A DNA stretch of 64,000 nt from Candidatus Pelagibacter sp. (GTDB lineage Bacteria > Pseudomonadota > Alphaproteobacteria > Paracaedibacterales > CAIOTO01), in assembly GCA_013823725.1 (NCBI GenBank), contig PNMQ01000004.1:207231-271230 (forward strand), read 5' to 3'. Below are positions 1 to 10,402 of the stretch, piece after piece; the stretch's first letter is position 1, and the number at the start of each line of letters is the position of its first letter. Under the pieces are notes generated by a model that did not search any database, was not told the DNA's origin, and saw nothing but the letters and a program-made list of their open reading frames with translations. The position numbers were made by a program, and so were the translations under genes.

Positions 1-46
1 AGAGCTTGTTACGCTATTAGTCATAAGGTATTTTTTTGCAAAAACA

Positions 47-1795
47 ATGCGTCATCTTTCTTCTTTTATTTTCCTAACAATCCTATTCTTTATGGGTTGC
101 TCTTCTTTCAGACAGTCTTCTCATGTTCATCAGAAAAATATCTCTAAAGAAGATATGAAAATTTTATCGACTCCTCCTCTTCAGCAAACTGCTGATGAAA
201 AAAATATACAAAAAAAAGCATCTTTAAAATACATAGAAGAACAAAAAAATAAAATTGATTCTCGTTTTTTAACAAAAATCTCTTTAGTGATCGATGATTC
301 AGTGCCTTTAAAATCGGTAATTGAATCTATTTCAAAAAAAGCCAACCTACAAATAACAGTCGATTCCTCAGTAAATACAAAAATCACTTTCAGAGCCATC
401 AACCAAAGCATCATCGATATTATAGAACGCATTTGTGAACTAGGTCATCTACGGTTTGAAATCGATAAAGGATGGATCAAAATTCAATCTGACTCTCCTT
501 ACGCACATACCTATTCTGTTCATTTTTTAAATTTAACCAGACAAAGTCAGCATCATCTATCGGTTGCAACCAATATCTTTAATAATAACGAATCTTCTTC
601 TCAGGTTGTTCCAAATTCTGGGATAGCAACAGCATCTGGCCAAACGTCTTCAACATCAAATTCATCGGGATCCAATGGTTCAGATAGCACATTAAACGTG
701 TCACACTCTAATGATTTTTGGTCAGAACTCGAAGCCAATCTTAATATTATCGTTCAAAAAAACTTTTCCAAAAAGAAAGATAAATCTTCTGATTCCTATT
801 TTTCAATCCATAAACAAGGCGGACTACTCACCGTTTGGGGAGACTCCAAAACACACAAACGTGTCAGTGAGTACCTTTATTACCTTCAAAAAGTTTCTTC
901 AAGCCAAGTTTTAATTGAAGCAAAAATTATAGAAGTCACTTTAAACAATCAATTTCGTTCAGGCATCAATTGGTCTAAAATCACGTCACGTGGTGGATAT
1001 TCTATGAATGCTATGTTTGGCAACAAAGCTAAAGCTGGGATTGGCTCTAATTCTTCCATTGATGATACCAACCTTGTTTCACTTGGAGCATCTTCGGGTA
1101 CGAATTTTTCATCTATCCTTGAAATTTTAGAAGAATTTGGAAACACGCGAACACTGTCTAGTCCCCGTCTTACCGTGATGAATAATCAAGCAGCGGTATT
1201 AAAAGTTGCGCAAAACCAAGTCTATTTCCGTCTTAATTACGATAGGCAAAGCACGCAATTTTCATCTAACTATAATGTGTCTAGCTCTATACAAACCGTT
1301 CCCATCGGATTAATCATGTCTGTTCAGCCTTCAATCGATGTTGATTCAGGAGATGTTGTTCTCTTTCTAAGGCCTACCATTTCAAAATTTACAAAAACGG
1401 TTTCTGACCCTGCTGTTGGAATTGCAACACAAGATGCTGAAAAAACAAACTCCTCTAATTCGTCATCTTCGTCCTCGTCAGCAACACCTGTTTCTAACAT
1501 TCCCGTAGTGGAAGTTCGTGAAATTGATTCCGTGATGAAACTTAAAGATGGTGAAATTGGAATTTTAGGAGGATTGATGGAAGTCAGTTCCTTTGACGAT
1601 AAGCGAGGAATACCTGGTCTTATGGATACTCCAATTTTATCCGATGTTTTTTCAGGTCAAGCACAAGGAGACAGAATTGTTGAATTGGTTATCTTATTAA
1701 AAGTGACCATTCATGAAGATTCTGTCAAACCACAAGCAGCAGATACACGAATCCAAAAAGAATATATTAGTGATCCTAGATCGTGGTCATCATGA
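47..1795 (+). CDS. Outer-membrane secretin (MshL/GspD/PilQ-like), probable lipoprotein
   Basis: Secretin motifs QVLIEAKIIEVTL..GINW, LSSPRLTVMNNQ.A.LKV, ILGGLM, ELVILLK; N-terminal lipobox-like LFFMGC; Ser-rich inserts as in MshL-type secretins. Confidence 0.9.
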   Translation: MRHLSSFIFLTILFFMGCSSFRQSSHVHQKNISKEDMKILSTPPLQQTADEKNIQKKASLKYIEEQKNKIDSRFLTKISLVIDDSVPLKSVIESISKKANLQITVDSSVNTKITFRAINQSIIDIIERICELGHLRFEIDKGWIKIQSDSPYAHTYSVHFLNLTRQSQHHLSVATNIFNNNESSSQVVPNSGIATASGQTSSTSNSSGSNGSDSTLNVSHSNDFWSELEANLNIIVQKNFSKKKDKSSDSYFSIHKQGGLLTVWGDSKTHKRVSEYLYYLQKVSSSQVLIEAKIIEVTLNNQFRSGINWSKITSRGGYSMNAMFGNKAKAGIGSNSSIDDTNLVSLGASSGTNFSSILEILEEFGNTRTLSSPRLTVMNNQAAVLKVAQNQVYFRLNYDRQSTQFSSNYNVSSSIQTVPIGLIMSVQPSIDVDSGDVVLFLRPTISKFTKTVSDPAVGIATQDAEKTNSSNSSSSSSSATPVSNIPVVEVREIDSVMKLKDGEIGILGGLMEVSSFDDKRGIPGLMDTPILSDVFSGQAQGDRIVELVILLKVTIHEDSVKPQAADTRIQKEYISDPRSWSS

Positions 1796-4620
1796 AAAAA
1801 ATAAATTATTTTTCTCTTTGTATACTTTGCTGCATTGGAAACTTTCAAAGCGCACGATCAGAAACAAAAGTTTTCTCCAATTACACCTATGACGCTGATG
1901 GTAAAATTGTTAGTAAAGTTTTTAAGGTTAATCCACCATCAATTGATCCGAAAAAAAAAATTCAATTAGAAGACCAAACCATTTTAGATCCTAAAAATGA
2001 AATAGGGAAACTATTAAGCAAAAAGTTAGAGGCCTTAAAAAGTATACAAAAAAAAGATCTAGGATCTATTTCACAAGCTTCAACCCCTGTTTCTATTCTT
2101 TCTCTCATTGATCAAAAAATAGATGTTTCAAAAATTGTTCCTCAAAATAATGAATTTTATATCATCCCTGATAATAGCGGAGAAAAGCTTCGTTTAAAAT
2201 GTCTGACTAAACTAAAATTCAAGTGGAATATTTTTTTAGATGAAGAATATACCTATTTTGTCTTTAACCAAATTGTTGATATTAAACTATTATCTATTCC
2301 CAATATACCCATAAAAGATATTATCAGTTCTCCTGAAATCCTGAGTTATCCCAAAAACACCATTTTAAGAGTCAAATTAAAACCAGGGGTTAAGCTACGT
2401 TATTCAATAGAAAATGATGAAAAATATATCAATATTTCTCACTTTGAAGAATCTGCTTGGAACAAAAATATTGACGAAACAGCAAGCACCCCTGTCAAAG
2501 TCACACAAAAAAAGAACGGAACAATCGCATTCGAAAATCTTGAAAAGGGAGAAATGCAAAAAATTAAAATCAACAACCAAGACTTCGTTTTAATTCTTAC
2601 CCAAAATCCAGACCAAGGGTCTTATTATCAAAACCTATACAGAAAGGTAATTATTCAACCAACCTTTCAAGGTTTATGTTTAAAAATTTTAGGCCTGAAT
2701 CATAAAATTAATTTTACCGCCACAAAAGGGATTTTGAACGTTGTACCAACGATCATTAAAAATGAAGAAAATTCTTCTTACAAAAGTTCTTTTGAAACGA
2801 ATGAAGATGAAAACTATTCTCTTGAAAGATTTAAACTGTTAGATCGCTATATTAGTCATTACAAAAAAATGACTGTCAAAGATATTTTCAAACTTGCATT
2901 TATTGATTTGCAACTTGAATTAGGATACGAGGCTATTGCTTTGCTTGAAAGTGAGGCTAAAAACAAACCTTTTATCATCAATAATAGATTGTATTATTTT
3001 TATCTTGGGATGGCACACTTTATTAACAAAGAACCAGAAAAAGCTATTATCGAATGGAAAAAAGTACCTCTGTATGGTGAAGATGATATCTGGTATCGCA
3101 TGGCTTTATGTGAGATGGGCAACCCCATATGGTGTTTTCATCAAATGCCCAAAATGATATCGATACTACCAAAACTACAAACGGGGTTAAGACAAAATAT
3201 CGGACGTAAAGCTATTGATTTTTTTTGCAAGACAGGAAATTTTGAGTATTTAGAGCTTTTAAAAAAGACATTAAAGGATGAAAAAAACTATTTTATCATT
3301 CAATGGCTTGAATTACTTCATGCAACCGATCTTTATTTTAAAAAAAACTATTTTGCATCTAAGCAAATTTTAGAACAAATTAAAAGACGAAAAGAAATCG
3401 ATTTTAGTGAAGCAAAATTTGATGCTGTCTATCAATATGTTGATATCCATAATCAGCTAGAACAAAAAAATATTAATGAAAAAATGTTAATGGAAAATCT
3501 TTCTTTGATCCATCGCACATGGAGCTCTGATTCATTTGGATATCATTTAAAAAAACGCTTATTAGAAATGAATGTACACTTTAATAATCCTAGATCTGCT
3601 CTACATCATTTAAGTTTTCTAAAAGAACATTTTCCTACAGAAGCAGCTATAGATTTAACGGATAAAAAAATCATCCAGATTGTTTTTTCTTACATCAAAA
3701 ATCGCAAAAATTATTCCCCTCTTAAAGTTATCAATATATTTAAAACGTTTGAAAACATCATAAATTTAGACGAAAATCGTTTTGACATTCTCGATGAAGT
3801 AGCTAAACAGTATGTTGATTTAAATCTTTTACAAGAAGCTGTTTCTTTGATGAATCAAAACCTGAATGATATTCAAAACGATGTTGTCAAAAAAATTGAT
3901 TACTCTCTTAAAATTGCAAAACTTTACGAACAGCTAGGTGAAACTACACAGTCTATCAAAATATATGACAGCCTTATGGAAAATAATACAGATTTAGAAA
4001 CCCAAAATAGGATCCTAACTCGTAAAATAAAAGCCCTTTTAAAATTAAAGGACTATCCTCAAATTTTAAAACTTACAGAAAATAGGTCTGATCCAGAATT
4101 TATCATTTTGAAAAGTAGTGTTTATTTTGAACAAAAAGAATGGGAAAAGACTATTACTCTTTTAGAAGAACTGATCCTGCGTCTCGATCCACTTAACGTC
4201 AAAAGCAAAAAAGTTTTTGTAAAAGTGCTTAATCATTTAGCTTTTTCATATTTTATGACTCAGCAAAAGGTTGAACATAAAAAAAATGAACTCAAAAGAC
4301 TAAAGAAGAAACATTCAAATAAAGCAAATTCTTCACCTGCTTTAGATAATCTCAATAAAATTTTAAAAAATAAGTATAAGGCATTGCAAGATGAAAGAAA
4401 GAAAATGAATAAAAAGGATCCTGATTCTATCAATTACTTCGAAAAACTTGAAGAACTTGGGAAAAAGTATGGCGCACTGATGGAAGGGCAAGAACAGTTT
4501 TTGTTCTTAACACGCTCAAGAGAAAAAAAATATTTTGATCGCCTTGCTGTTGAAAATGTACTTTCCGATGCAAAAAAAATGGAGACGTACTTTTTTAAAA
4601 ATAGCGATTTAAATGAGTAA
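1792..4620 (+). CDS. Large TPR-like helical protein with signal peptide
   Basis: ~940-aa ORF; ATG at 1792 overlaps the secretin stop (ATGA); TPR-like segments (FYLGMAHF...KAIIEW; LKIAKLYEQLGE...IKIY). Confidence 0.65.
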   Translation: MKKINYFSLCILCCIGNFQSARSETKVFSNYTYDADGKIVSKVFKVNPPSIDPKKKIQLEDQTILDPKNEIGKLLSKKLEALKSIQKKDLGSISQASTPVSILSLIDQKIDVSKIVPQNNEFYIIPDNSGEKLRLKCLTKLKFKWNIFLDEEYTYFVFNQIVDIKLLSIPNIPIKDIISSPEILSYPKNTILRVKLKPGVKLRYSIENDEKYINISHFEESAWNKNIDETASTPVKVTQKKNGTIAFENLEKGEMQKIKINNQDFVLILTQNPDQGSYYQNLYRKVIIQPTFQGLCLKILGLNHKINFTATKGILNVVPTIIKNEENSSYKSSFETNEDENYSLERFKLLDRYISHYKKMTVKDIFKLAFIDLQLELGYEAIALLESEAKNKPFIINNRLYYFYLGMAHFINKEPEKAIIEWKKVPLYGEDDIWYRMALCEMGNPIWCFHQMPKMISILPKLQTGLRQNIGRKAIDFFCKTGNFEYLELLKKTLKDEKNYFIIQWLELLHATDLYFKKNYFASKQILEQIKRRKEIDFSEAKFDAVYQYVDIHNQLEQKNINEKMLMENLSLIHRTWSSDSFGYHLKKRLLEMNVHFNNPRSALHHLSFLKEHFPTEAAIDLTDKKIIQIVFSYIKNRKNYSPLKVINIFKTFENIINLDENRFDILDEVAKQYVDLNLLQEAVSLMNQNLNDIQNDVVKKIDYSLKIAKLYEQLGETTQSIKIYDSLMENNTDLETQNRILTRKIKALLKLKDYPQILKLTENRSDPEFIILKSSVYFEQKEWEKTITLLEELILRLDPLNVKSKKVFVKVLNHLAFSYFMTQQKVEHKKNELKRLKKKHSNKANSSPALDNLNKILKNKYKALQDERKKMNKKDPDSINYFEKLEELGKKYGALMEGQEQFLFLTRSREKKYFDRLAVENVLSDAKKMETYFFKNSDLNE

Positions 4621-4966
4621 ATCAGATTCTTCTTTTGTTAATGGAATCAAGGGAGAGCAATTAGCCTGCCAATTTTTTCAAAATAAAGGCTATAAAATTA
4701 TAGCCCAAAGATACCTTTGTCCTTTTGGTGAAATTGATTTAGTCATCAAAAAAGGATCTAAATATACAGCTATTGAAGTCAAATACCGGAAAAAATTTAG
4801 TCAGTTACACGAAGCTATTTCAAAAAGAAAGCTACAAAGAATTCAACAATCCTTCAGTTTTTATTTACAAGAGCACAAAATTATTTCTGAAGATATTGCA
4901 ATTGATGTGCTACTTATTTATCCTCCTCAACGGATTATTCACGTTCAAAATTGTCATTTAGAATAA
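4613..4966 (+). CDS. yraN: YraN family (UPF0102) PD-(D/E)xK nuclease-like protein
   Basis: G..GE..A..F...GY.I...Y....GEIDLV.......IEVKYR signature. Confidence 0.92.
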   Translation: MSKSDSSFVNGIKGEQLACQFFQNKGYKIIAQRYLCPFGEIDLVIKKGSKYTAIEVKYRKKFSQLHEAISKRKLQRIQQSFSFYLQEHKIISEDIAIDVLLIYPPQRIIHVQNCHLE

Positions 4967-4994
4967 ATGGTGCACCACATAACAGTTATAGTCT

Positions 4995-6698
4995 TTATTG
5001 TTCATTCATAACAAACTGAGGCACAACAGAAAGGTATGCCTCCTTTTTTTGTAATTTATTCTCTACTACATTCGGTCCTTGTTCGGTCATGTTCATCGTG
5101 ATTTGGGGATTGAATGATTGTTGTAAATCACTCGAATCATTTTCTTTTTTTGGGGATCCCTCATGGTATGTTAAAAAAAATTCTGGTTTTAAATCAAACC
5201 ATTCTTTTTCTTTTTTTTCTTCATTCAACGGATCGGTAGAAAGAGCAACAGGTGTAGGCTCTTTTGTTTCTGTCCGAAACATATCATTTTCTATAACTAC
5301 ACTTGGCGTGTTTGGAATGACATTTTTTTTATAGACTTCTGTTTCCTTTTTATTTGCTCCTTTATCTTCAACAAGATGAGGAACATTACTAACAGTAACA
5401 CTGCTGGAGTCCACTATTAACTTTGGTATATTAGACTGATCGGTTTTATTTTCTATCTTTTTTGGCTTGGATGCTTTTTTTAAAGGATCAGATCGATTGA
5501 TAACTGTCTTTTGTGGATTCAAATCAACATTGGAAGGCATTAAATTTTGACTACGAGCAGGAATCTTTTTAATTTCTTCCTGAAAAAATTTTGGGGTAAC
5601 TTTTTTAAGTCGGCTAAAAGATCCACTTAAAATACCCGTAATGGGTAATGTCAAGGCAGACCTTGGTTGAATTTCTTGAAGCTTCTTGTTTTCATGAATA
5701 GGAATAATTCGTGGTGGCATAATCTTTTGAATAACCGTTTCGTTACTTTTTGTAGCAGTAGCCAATAATAAAGTTTCTATTTTTTTTTGTTGTAGTTTTG
5801 TATTTATTACGTCTTTATTTTTATCAACGCTCTGAATTTCTGGAAAACTTTTGAATTGATCGGCTGCTTCCACTATTGCTTTCTTATTCAGCTCTGTATT
5901 TGTTTGACTTAAATCCTTTTGCTTGGGGTCCTGGATTGGTTTAATTTCAAAGTTTGTATTACCCCTGTGTTCTTGTTTTTGGATAGGAACGGATTTTCCA
6001 ATTTTTTCTGTCAAAGCCTGACTTTCATTTTTGTATTGCTGAAGATTCAAAAATCCTTTTTGATATTCTATCTGAAGCTGTTGCAATACATCCAATCGAG
6101 GAGCTTCAATATTTTTTAAACTTTGCAAATATTGATCACTTTGAACATTTAAGTTTTTAATCTGCATCTCTATAGATTCAATTTTTTGATTCATTTCATT
6201 TTTTTGCTGTTCAATTTCAGTTAACGCCAAAAGATTGCTTTCTTTTTTGGACTCTTCCATTTTCTGATTCAAAAGCTGAATTTGAGCTTTTAAATACAAT
6301 TTACTATTTTCTAGAAGAACTATCTCCGATTTGACTTTTAAAAATTGATTATGAATTTGTGTTCTCTGTATTTGCGTTTTAAAAATCACTTGGATTTGTG
6401 ATAACAAACTTTCCAATTGTGGGGTTGCCTTTTCTATCCAGACATCTACAAACTGCTTTCTTGTTATTAATGTTTGCTGATCTTCTAACGAAGCAGTAGC
6501 TGTCAAACTTTCATTGGGAAGTTTAGTATTCTTCAATTCTGATAGATCAGTGGTTTGAGGTGCATTATAATATTGTGCTTGCATTCGTTCTGTTTCGGGA
6601 ACAATAAAATATTGTTCCGTCCCAAACAAAATCGATGAACACCCCATCAACAGAAGAATAAAAAAACAACTTCTTTTTGAAATAAAATGAAGCTTCAT
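4995..6698 (-). CDS. Hypothetical exported coiled-coil/low-complexity protein
   Basis: Long ORF, hydrophobic N-terminus (FFILLLMGC), Q/E/K-rich coiled coil then low-complexity tail; start placed at first ATG. Confidence 0.7.
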   Translation of the reverse strand: MKLHFISKRSCFFILLLMGCSSILFGTEQYFIVPETERMQAQYYNAPQTTDLSELKNTKLPNESLTATASLEDQQTLITRKQFVDVWIEKATPQLESLLSQIQVIFKTQIQRTQIHNQFLKVKSEIVLLENSKLYLKAQIQLLNQKMEESKKESNLLALTEIEQQKNEMNQKIESIEMQIKNLNVQSDQYLQSLKNIEAPRLDVLQQLQIEYQKGFLNLQQYKNESQALTEKIGKSVPIQKQEHRGNTNFEIKPIQDPKQKDLSQTNTELNKKAIVEAADQFKSFPEIQSVDKNKDVINTKLQQKKIETLLLATATKSNETVIQKIMPPRIIPIHENKKLQEIQPRSALTLPITGILSGSFSRLKKVTPKFFQEEIKKIPARSQNLMPSNVDLNPQKTVINRSDPLKKASKPKKIENKTDQSNIPKLIVDSSSVTVSNVPHLVEDKGANKKETEVYKKNVIPNTPSVVIENDMFRTETKEPTPVALSTDPLNEEKKEKEWFDLKPEFFLTYHEGSPKKENDSSDLQQSFNPQITMNMTEQGPNVVENKLQKKEAYLSVVPQFVMNEQ

Positions 6699-6754
6699 AT
6701 GGTTCTTTTTAATCAAATTATAATTTTATATATACTTAGACTATTTTTCTTTCG

Positions 6755-6770
6755 TTAAGATGAATTTAAC
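6755..6770. promoter_or_regulatory. Candidate CtrA box (TTAA-N7-TTAAC) between divergent orphan genes
   Basis: TTAAgatgaatTTAAC matches the CtrA consensus, but chance matches are common in AT-rich DNA. Confidence 0.35.
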
Positions 6771-6845
6771 ATTCCCATAAATATCTTGAACTTAAATTTT
6801 AAATTTTGTATTTTGAGATCATTCCTAAAACATACAAGAAAACAA

Positions 6846-8960
6846 ATGTTAAACAAATATTTTACCAAAAAGACTGCTTTTTTATTTCTTACTGCTCTTT
6901 TTACAAAATTTAGTCAATTATCCTGTAGCGTTAATACCTTAGATCGCGAACATATTACACAATGTCTTTCTAATCTTAAGATTGTACCTATAGAAATATC
7001 AGCTGAAAATTTAAAACAGTGTTCTTTAGACATGTATAAACTTAATACTTTTAATGAAAGTGTTAAGTATCTTATACATGCGTATTCTATAGCAATATCA
7101 CGTAGAGATGTTCAAACTGCCGCTTACAGTATCTTGTCTCATTTTCAAGATAAGTGTAATGAATTGAGAACAGAATCTCTGCAGCTTACTAACGAAGATT
7201 TTCGTTGGAAATTTGGTGCACTTTTTTGTTTACCACACAGGTTTATTTTTTACTTACAAAACAGTGCAGAAGCTAGAAAATACAATGATGATCTTTTTGA
7301 AATCATTAACAACACAAACTTTAAAACATTTTCTGCAACAGATGCATCTTCGATATCCCTACCAATAGAACCCTATTCTAAAAACCTTTTGGAAGATGAT
7401 ATTCTCTTTATACTGAATTTATTCACTCTAAAATATACATGCGACTCTCATTCAAAATATGGCACTTTTGCTGTTGAATTTAAACTGCCAACACTTGTTG
7501 AAAAATTAACAACAGATTCACACTTTCAAAATTATCTTTTCACCTATTTTGAGCATACCTGGATTGAAATAGAAAAATCCTTTGATGTATATGGTGATAC
7601 AGTATTACAAAAATTCTTTGCCAAACAAAAGACGTTTCTCAATTCACAGAAACATCACATTATCATTTCGGCCCCTTATCTAAGATCGACCAATCTGTTA
7701 TCTTCACTATATTATGTTTGCCGTCATTTATTTGAAGCACGACAAGACATAAAAGTTGAATACGAAAAGACGCATCAAAAAATGAAAGCCATATCATTAA
7801 CTCAGGAAGTCAAAAGTAGCAACAGTCTAACAACTCCTAAAAAGAAGAAAACCAAAAAGAAAAGCAACAAATCAATATCTAAATTAAATATAATTGGGCA
7901 ATCAGAATCACAAGAAGTTAGCCCAACTTTAAAGGGAGACCTTGAAAAAATTGATCCTAACACATTAGCTTCTTCTTCAGAAATCCAAGAAATTAATCAA
8001 GCTGTAGAATCGAATTCTCAAATAGAAAACAGCCTTGAATTAAAATCCCATTATGAAACCATACCCCTTTCCATAAACACTTTATTGGAAGAAAGAACAG
8101 ATGAAGAATTTTGTGCTCCCCTAATACAAAGTAATGGAGAACCAGATCTAAAAGAGAGTGAATGGACAACAGTTAGTACTTCAAAAAAAAAGAATACATT
8201 AAAATCCTCCACCCCAAAAGAAATAGCACCTAAAATAGATCATAAAAAAAGGATAGAGGATCGCAAGCCTTCTTCTATCATTAATTCTACGAAGACAAAA
8301 AAGCATCAAGAAAAAGCTCAAAACGATGAAAAGAGAATGGGCAATATTACTTACGCAACAGTTACTGCATCACAACAAAATTTACCAAAACAAAAGCAAC
8401 CATCACACAATGATTCTTCAAAAGAAACAGATATAACTGCAGGGACCATCGATAGAATCGTCCCTGTTTCCGATCTCGTTCTACAAGAGACAGATATAAA
8501 TACAGTAATACCAGCAACTTCAACCATCACCGAAATTATTTCTGAAGAGTCACGAGATCCTGAAAGACTAAAGCCCCCAACATTTGTAGAGCGAAGCACA
8601 GAAACTGAAGAGAAAAATATTTTATCTTCATCTCAAATGCAACGAAAAGATTTATTGGAAAACCCAGTAATAGTACATCAGACGATATTCTCATCCCAAA
8701 ATTCTCTTAATACAACCAAAAATAAATTCAGGAAACATACTATATATCAACCCAGTACCGTTTATATTCCTTATCCTGTTTATGTGCAAGTTCCCACAAT
8801 CTATTATCCCCAAGAAACCTTTGAATATGGGTATAATAGTAGTGGCTATTGTAGTGGTTTGATCTGTATTAATGGTTTAGCGCATTTTTGGATGGAAAAA
8901 AAAATTGAACGTTCTGCATATTTTCAGTGTCAAACATGTTCTTTGATCATCCAAAAGTGA
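6846..8960 (+). CDS. Hypothetical secreted protein (candidate effector)
   Basis: ~700-aa ORF, signal-like N-terminus, basic stretch PKKKKTKKK, disordered middle, Cys-rich C-terminus. Confidence 0.7.
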   Translation: MLNKYFTKKTAFLFLTALFTKFSQLSCSVNTLDREHITQCLSNLKIVPIEISAENLKQCSLDMYKLNTFNESVKYLIHAYSIAISRRDVQTAAYSILSHFQDKCNELRTESLQLTNEDFRWKFGALFCLPHRFIFYLQNSAEARKYNDDLFEIINNTNFKTFSATDASSISLPIEPYSKNLLEDDILFILNLFTLKYTCDSHSKYGTFAVEFKLPTLVEKLTTDSHFQNYLFTYFEHTWIEIEKSFDVYGDTVLQKFFAKQKTFLNSQKHHIIISAPYLRSTNLLSSLYYVCRHLFEARQDIKVEYEKTHQKMKAISLTQEVKSSNSLTTPKKKKTKKKSNKSISKLNIIGQSESQEVSPTLKGDLEKIDPNTLASSSEIQEINQAVESNSQIENSLELKSHYETIPLSINTLLEERTDEEFCAPLIQSNGEPDLKESEWTTVSTSKKKNTLKSSTPKEIAPKIDHKKRIEDRKPSSIINSTKTKKHQEKAQNDEKRMGNITYATVTASQQNLPKQKQPSHNDSSKETDITAGTIDRIVPVSDLVLQETDINTVIPATSTITEIISEESRDPERLKPPTFVERSTETEEKNILSSSQMQRKDLLENPVIVHQTIFSSQNSLNTTKNKFRKHTIYQPSTVYIPYPVYVQVPTIYYPQETFEYGYNSSGYCSGLICINGLAHFWMEKKIERSAYFQCQTCSLIIQK

Positions 8961-8968
8961 TCAAAGAA
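8939..8968 (+). terminator. Hairpin overlapping the stop codon
   Basis: ttctttgatca-N8-tgatcaaagaa, 11-bp perfect stem; no U-tract on the + strand. Confidence 0.4.
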
Positions 8969-9083
8969 ATCCCTCTTAAATATTATAAAGGTTTACCTGA
9001 TATAAAAATAATTTTAAAATACCGATTGAAAATGAATCAAATTTATACTAATGTTAATCTATGATTTTTAATGAATACTATGT

Positions 9084-9413
9084 ATGCCAAAAATTAATTT
9101 TGTAACCTCTCAAGGTGATATAAAAACAGTTGACGCGCCTGTGGGTTTATCTATTCTTGAAATAGCACACAGAAATAATGTAGATCTAGAAGGTGCATGT
9201 GAAGGTTCTTTAGCATGTTCTACATGTCACGTGATTATCGATCCGGAATGGTTTGATCTTTTACAAGAACCAACAGAAGATGAAGAAGATATGTTAGACT
9301 TGGCATTCGGACTAACTCACACGTCCCGTTTAGGTTGTCAAATTCGAATGACCGATGAATTAGACGGAATTACTGTTAAATTACCAACAGGTACACGAAA
9401 CGTTCAGGTATAA
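9084..9413 (+). CDS. fdx: 2Fe-2S ferredoxin, ISC/adrenodoxin type
   Basis: [14 protein letters not shown] and SRLGCQ motifs. Confidence 0.97.
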   Translation: MPKINFVTSQGDIKTVDAPVGLSILEIAHRNNVDLEGACEGSLACSTCHVIIDPEWFDLLQEPTEDEEDMLDLAFGLTHTSRLGCQIRMTDELDGITVKLPTGTRNVQV

Positions 9414-9415
9414 TC

Positions 9416-9616
9416 GTGACACTAAAATGGATTGATACAGAAGATATTGCTGAAGCATTAAACGATGCTTTTCCAGATATTAATGTATTAAGTATTAGGT
9501 TCACCGATCTGTGGCAATGGGTTCAATCTCTGAAAGATTTTTCTGATTCACCAGAAAAGTGTAATGAAAAAATTTTAGAAGCCATTCAAGCTGAATGGAT
9601 TAAGATTAAATCCTAA
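9416..9616 (+). CDS. iscX: Fe-S cluster assembly protein IscX
   Basis: LKW.D..DIA.AL...P....IRFTDL..WV..L.DF.D.P...NEKILEAIQ..W; directly after fdx. Confidence 0.95.
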   Translation: MTLKWIDTEDIAEALNDAFPDINVLSIRFTDLWQWVQSLKDFSDSPEKCNEKILEAIQAEWIKIKS

Positions 9617-9870
9617 TTACTTTATTTTTTCCTTTTATTTTGTTTTCTATTAAATCCAAAATATTACATTTCAAAAATTTTTAAAAAATAAAACTCAAGT
9701 ATATGAGAAAAAAATTATTTTTTTATTGTTTGAATACACATAACAAAGCAACATCTTATTATGATCTTCTAAAAAAAAGTATTTTATTATACTTTTCGAT
9801 TTTTTTGATTGAAATTTATACTTAATAACGATAGTGTAAATATATACACTTATTTCACAAGAGAAATATA

Positions 9871-10362
9871 ATGACAAAATTTCTAAATGAACAAGTTTTT
9901 CAATGCACAACAGAAATAGTGGCTGCATGTATTGGAAACGATAAAATTACCTTTGATGAACTGCCTCACTTTTTCAACAAGGTTTATGATATTCTTTACT
10001 CTTTAACTAAAGACAAAATGAACACATCCAATACAAACTATAAACATTCGCTAAACACCATTCCAGCGGTTCCTATAGATGAATCTGTTTTTGATGATTA
10101 TATTATTTGTCTTGAAGATGGTAAAAAATTACAAATGCTAAAAAGACATTTAAAGTCAATGTATGGAATGAGCCTGGATCAATACAAAGATAAATGGGGG
10201 CTTCCCATTGATTATCCTGTAGTTGCACCAAACTACGCTAAAAAACGCAGCGGAATTGCAAAGAGCATAGGCTTAGGCAAAAAATCTTCTCGACTAAAAG
10301 TGGTGGTTGGTCAATCTAACGACATCGGCCAAGACCAAGTTGGCGTTGTTGTCAAAAGATAA
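9871..10362 (+). CDS. mucR: MucR/Ros family transcriptional regulator
   Basis: PAVPI..SV..DYIICLEDGKK..MLKRHL...YG....Y..KWGLP.DYP.VAPNYA..RS.IAK.IGLG. Confidence 0.95.
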   Translation: MTKFLNEQVFQCTTEIVAACIGNDKITFDELPHFFNKVYDILYSLTKDKMNTSNTNYKHSLNTIPAVPIDESVFDDYIICLEDGKKLQMLKRHLKSMYGMSLDQYKDKWGLPIDYPVVAPNYAKKRSGIAKSIGLGKKSSRLKVVVGQSNDIGQDQVGVVVKR

Positions 10363-10375
10363 TAACTTTTTTCAT

Positions 10376-10398
10376 GAGGATGCCCAAATGGTGTCCTC
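10376..10398. terminator. Probable bidirectional hairpin between convergent genes
   Basis: gaggatgcc-caaat-ggtgtcctc stem with G-U pairs, between the mucR and mscS-like stops. Confidence 0.45.
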
Positions 10399-10402
10399 TG
10401 GC

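Noticed and set aside
1445-1485. TCN-rich tract in the secretin gene
   Set aside because: Encodes a poly-Ser linker typical of secretins; not a DNA repeat element
9695-9928. 77-aa minus-strand ORF upstream of mucR
   Set aside because: Low-complexity translation of AT-rich promoter DNA overlapping the mucR start
9871-10362. Non-canonical zinc ligands in MucR (CLED...H...Y)
   Set aside because: Substituted ligands are known and common in the Ros/MucR family
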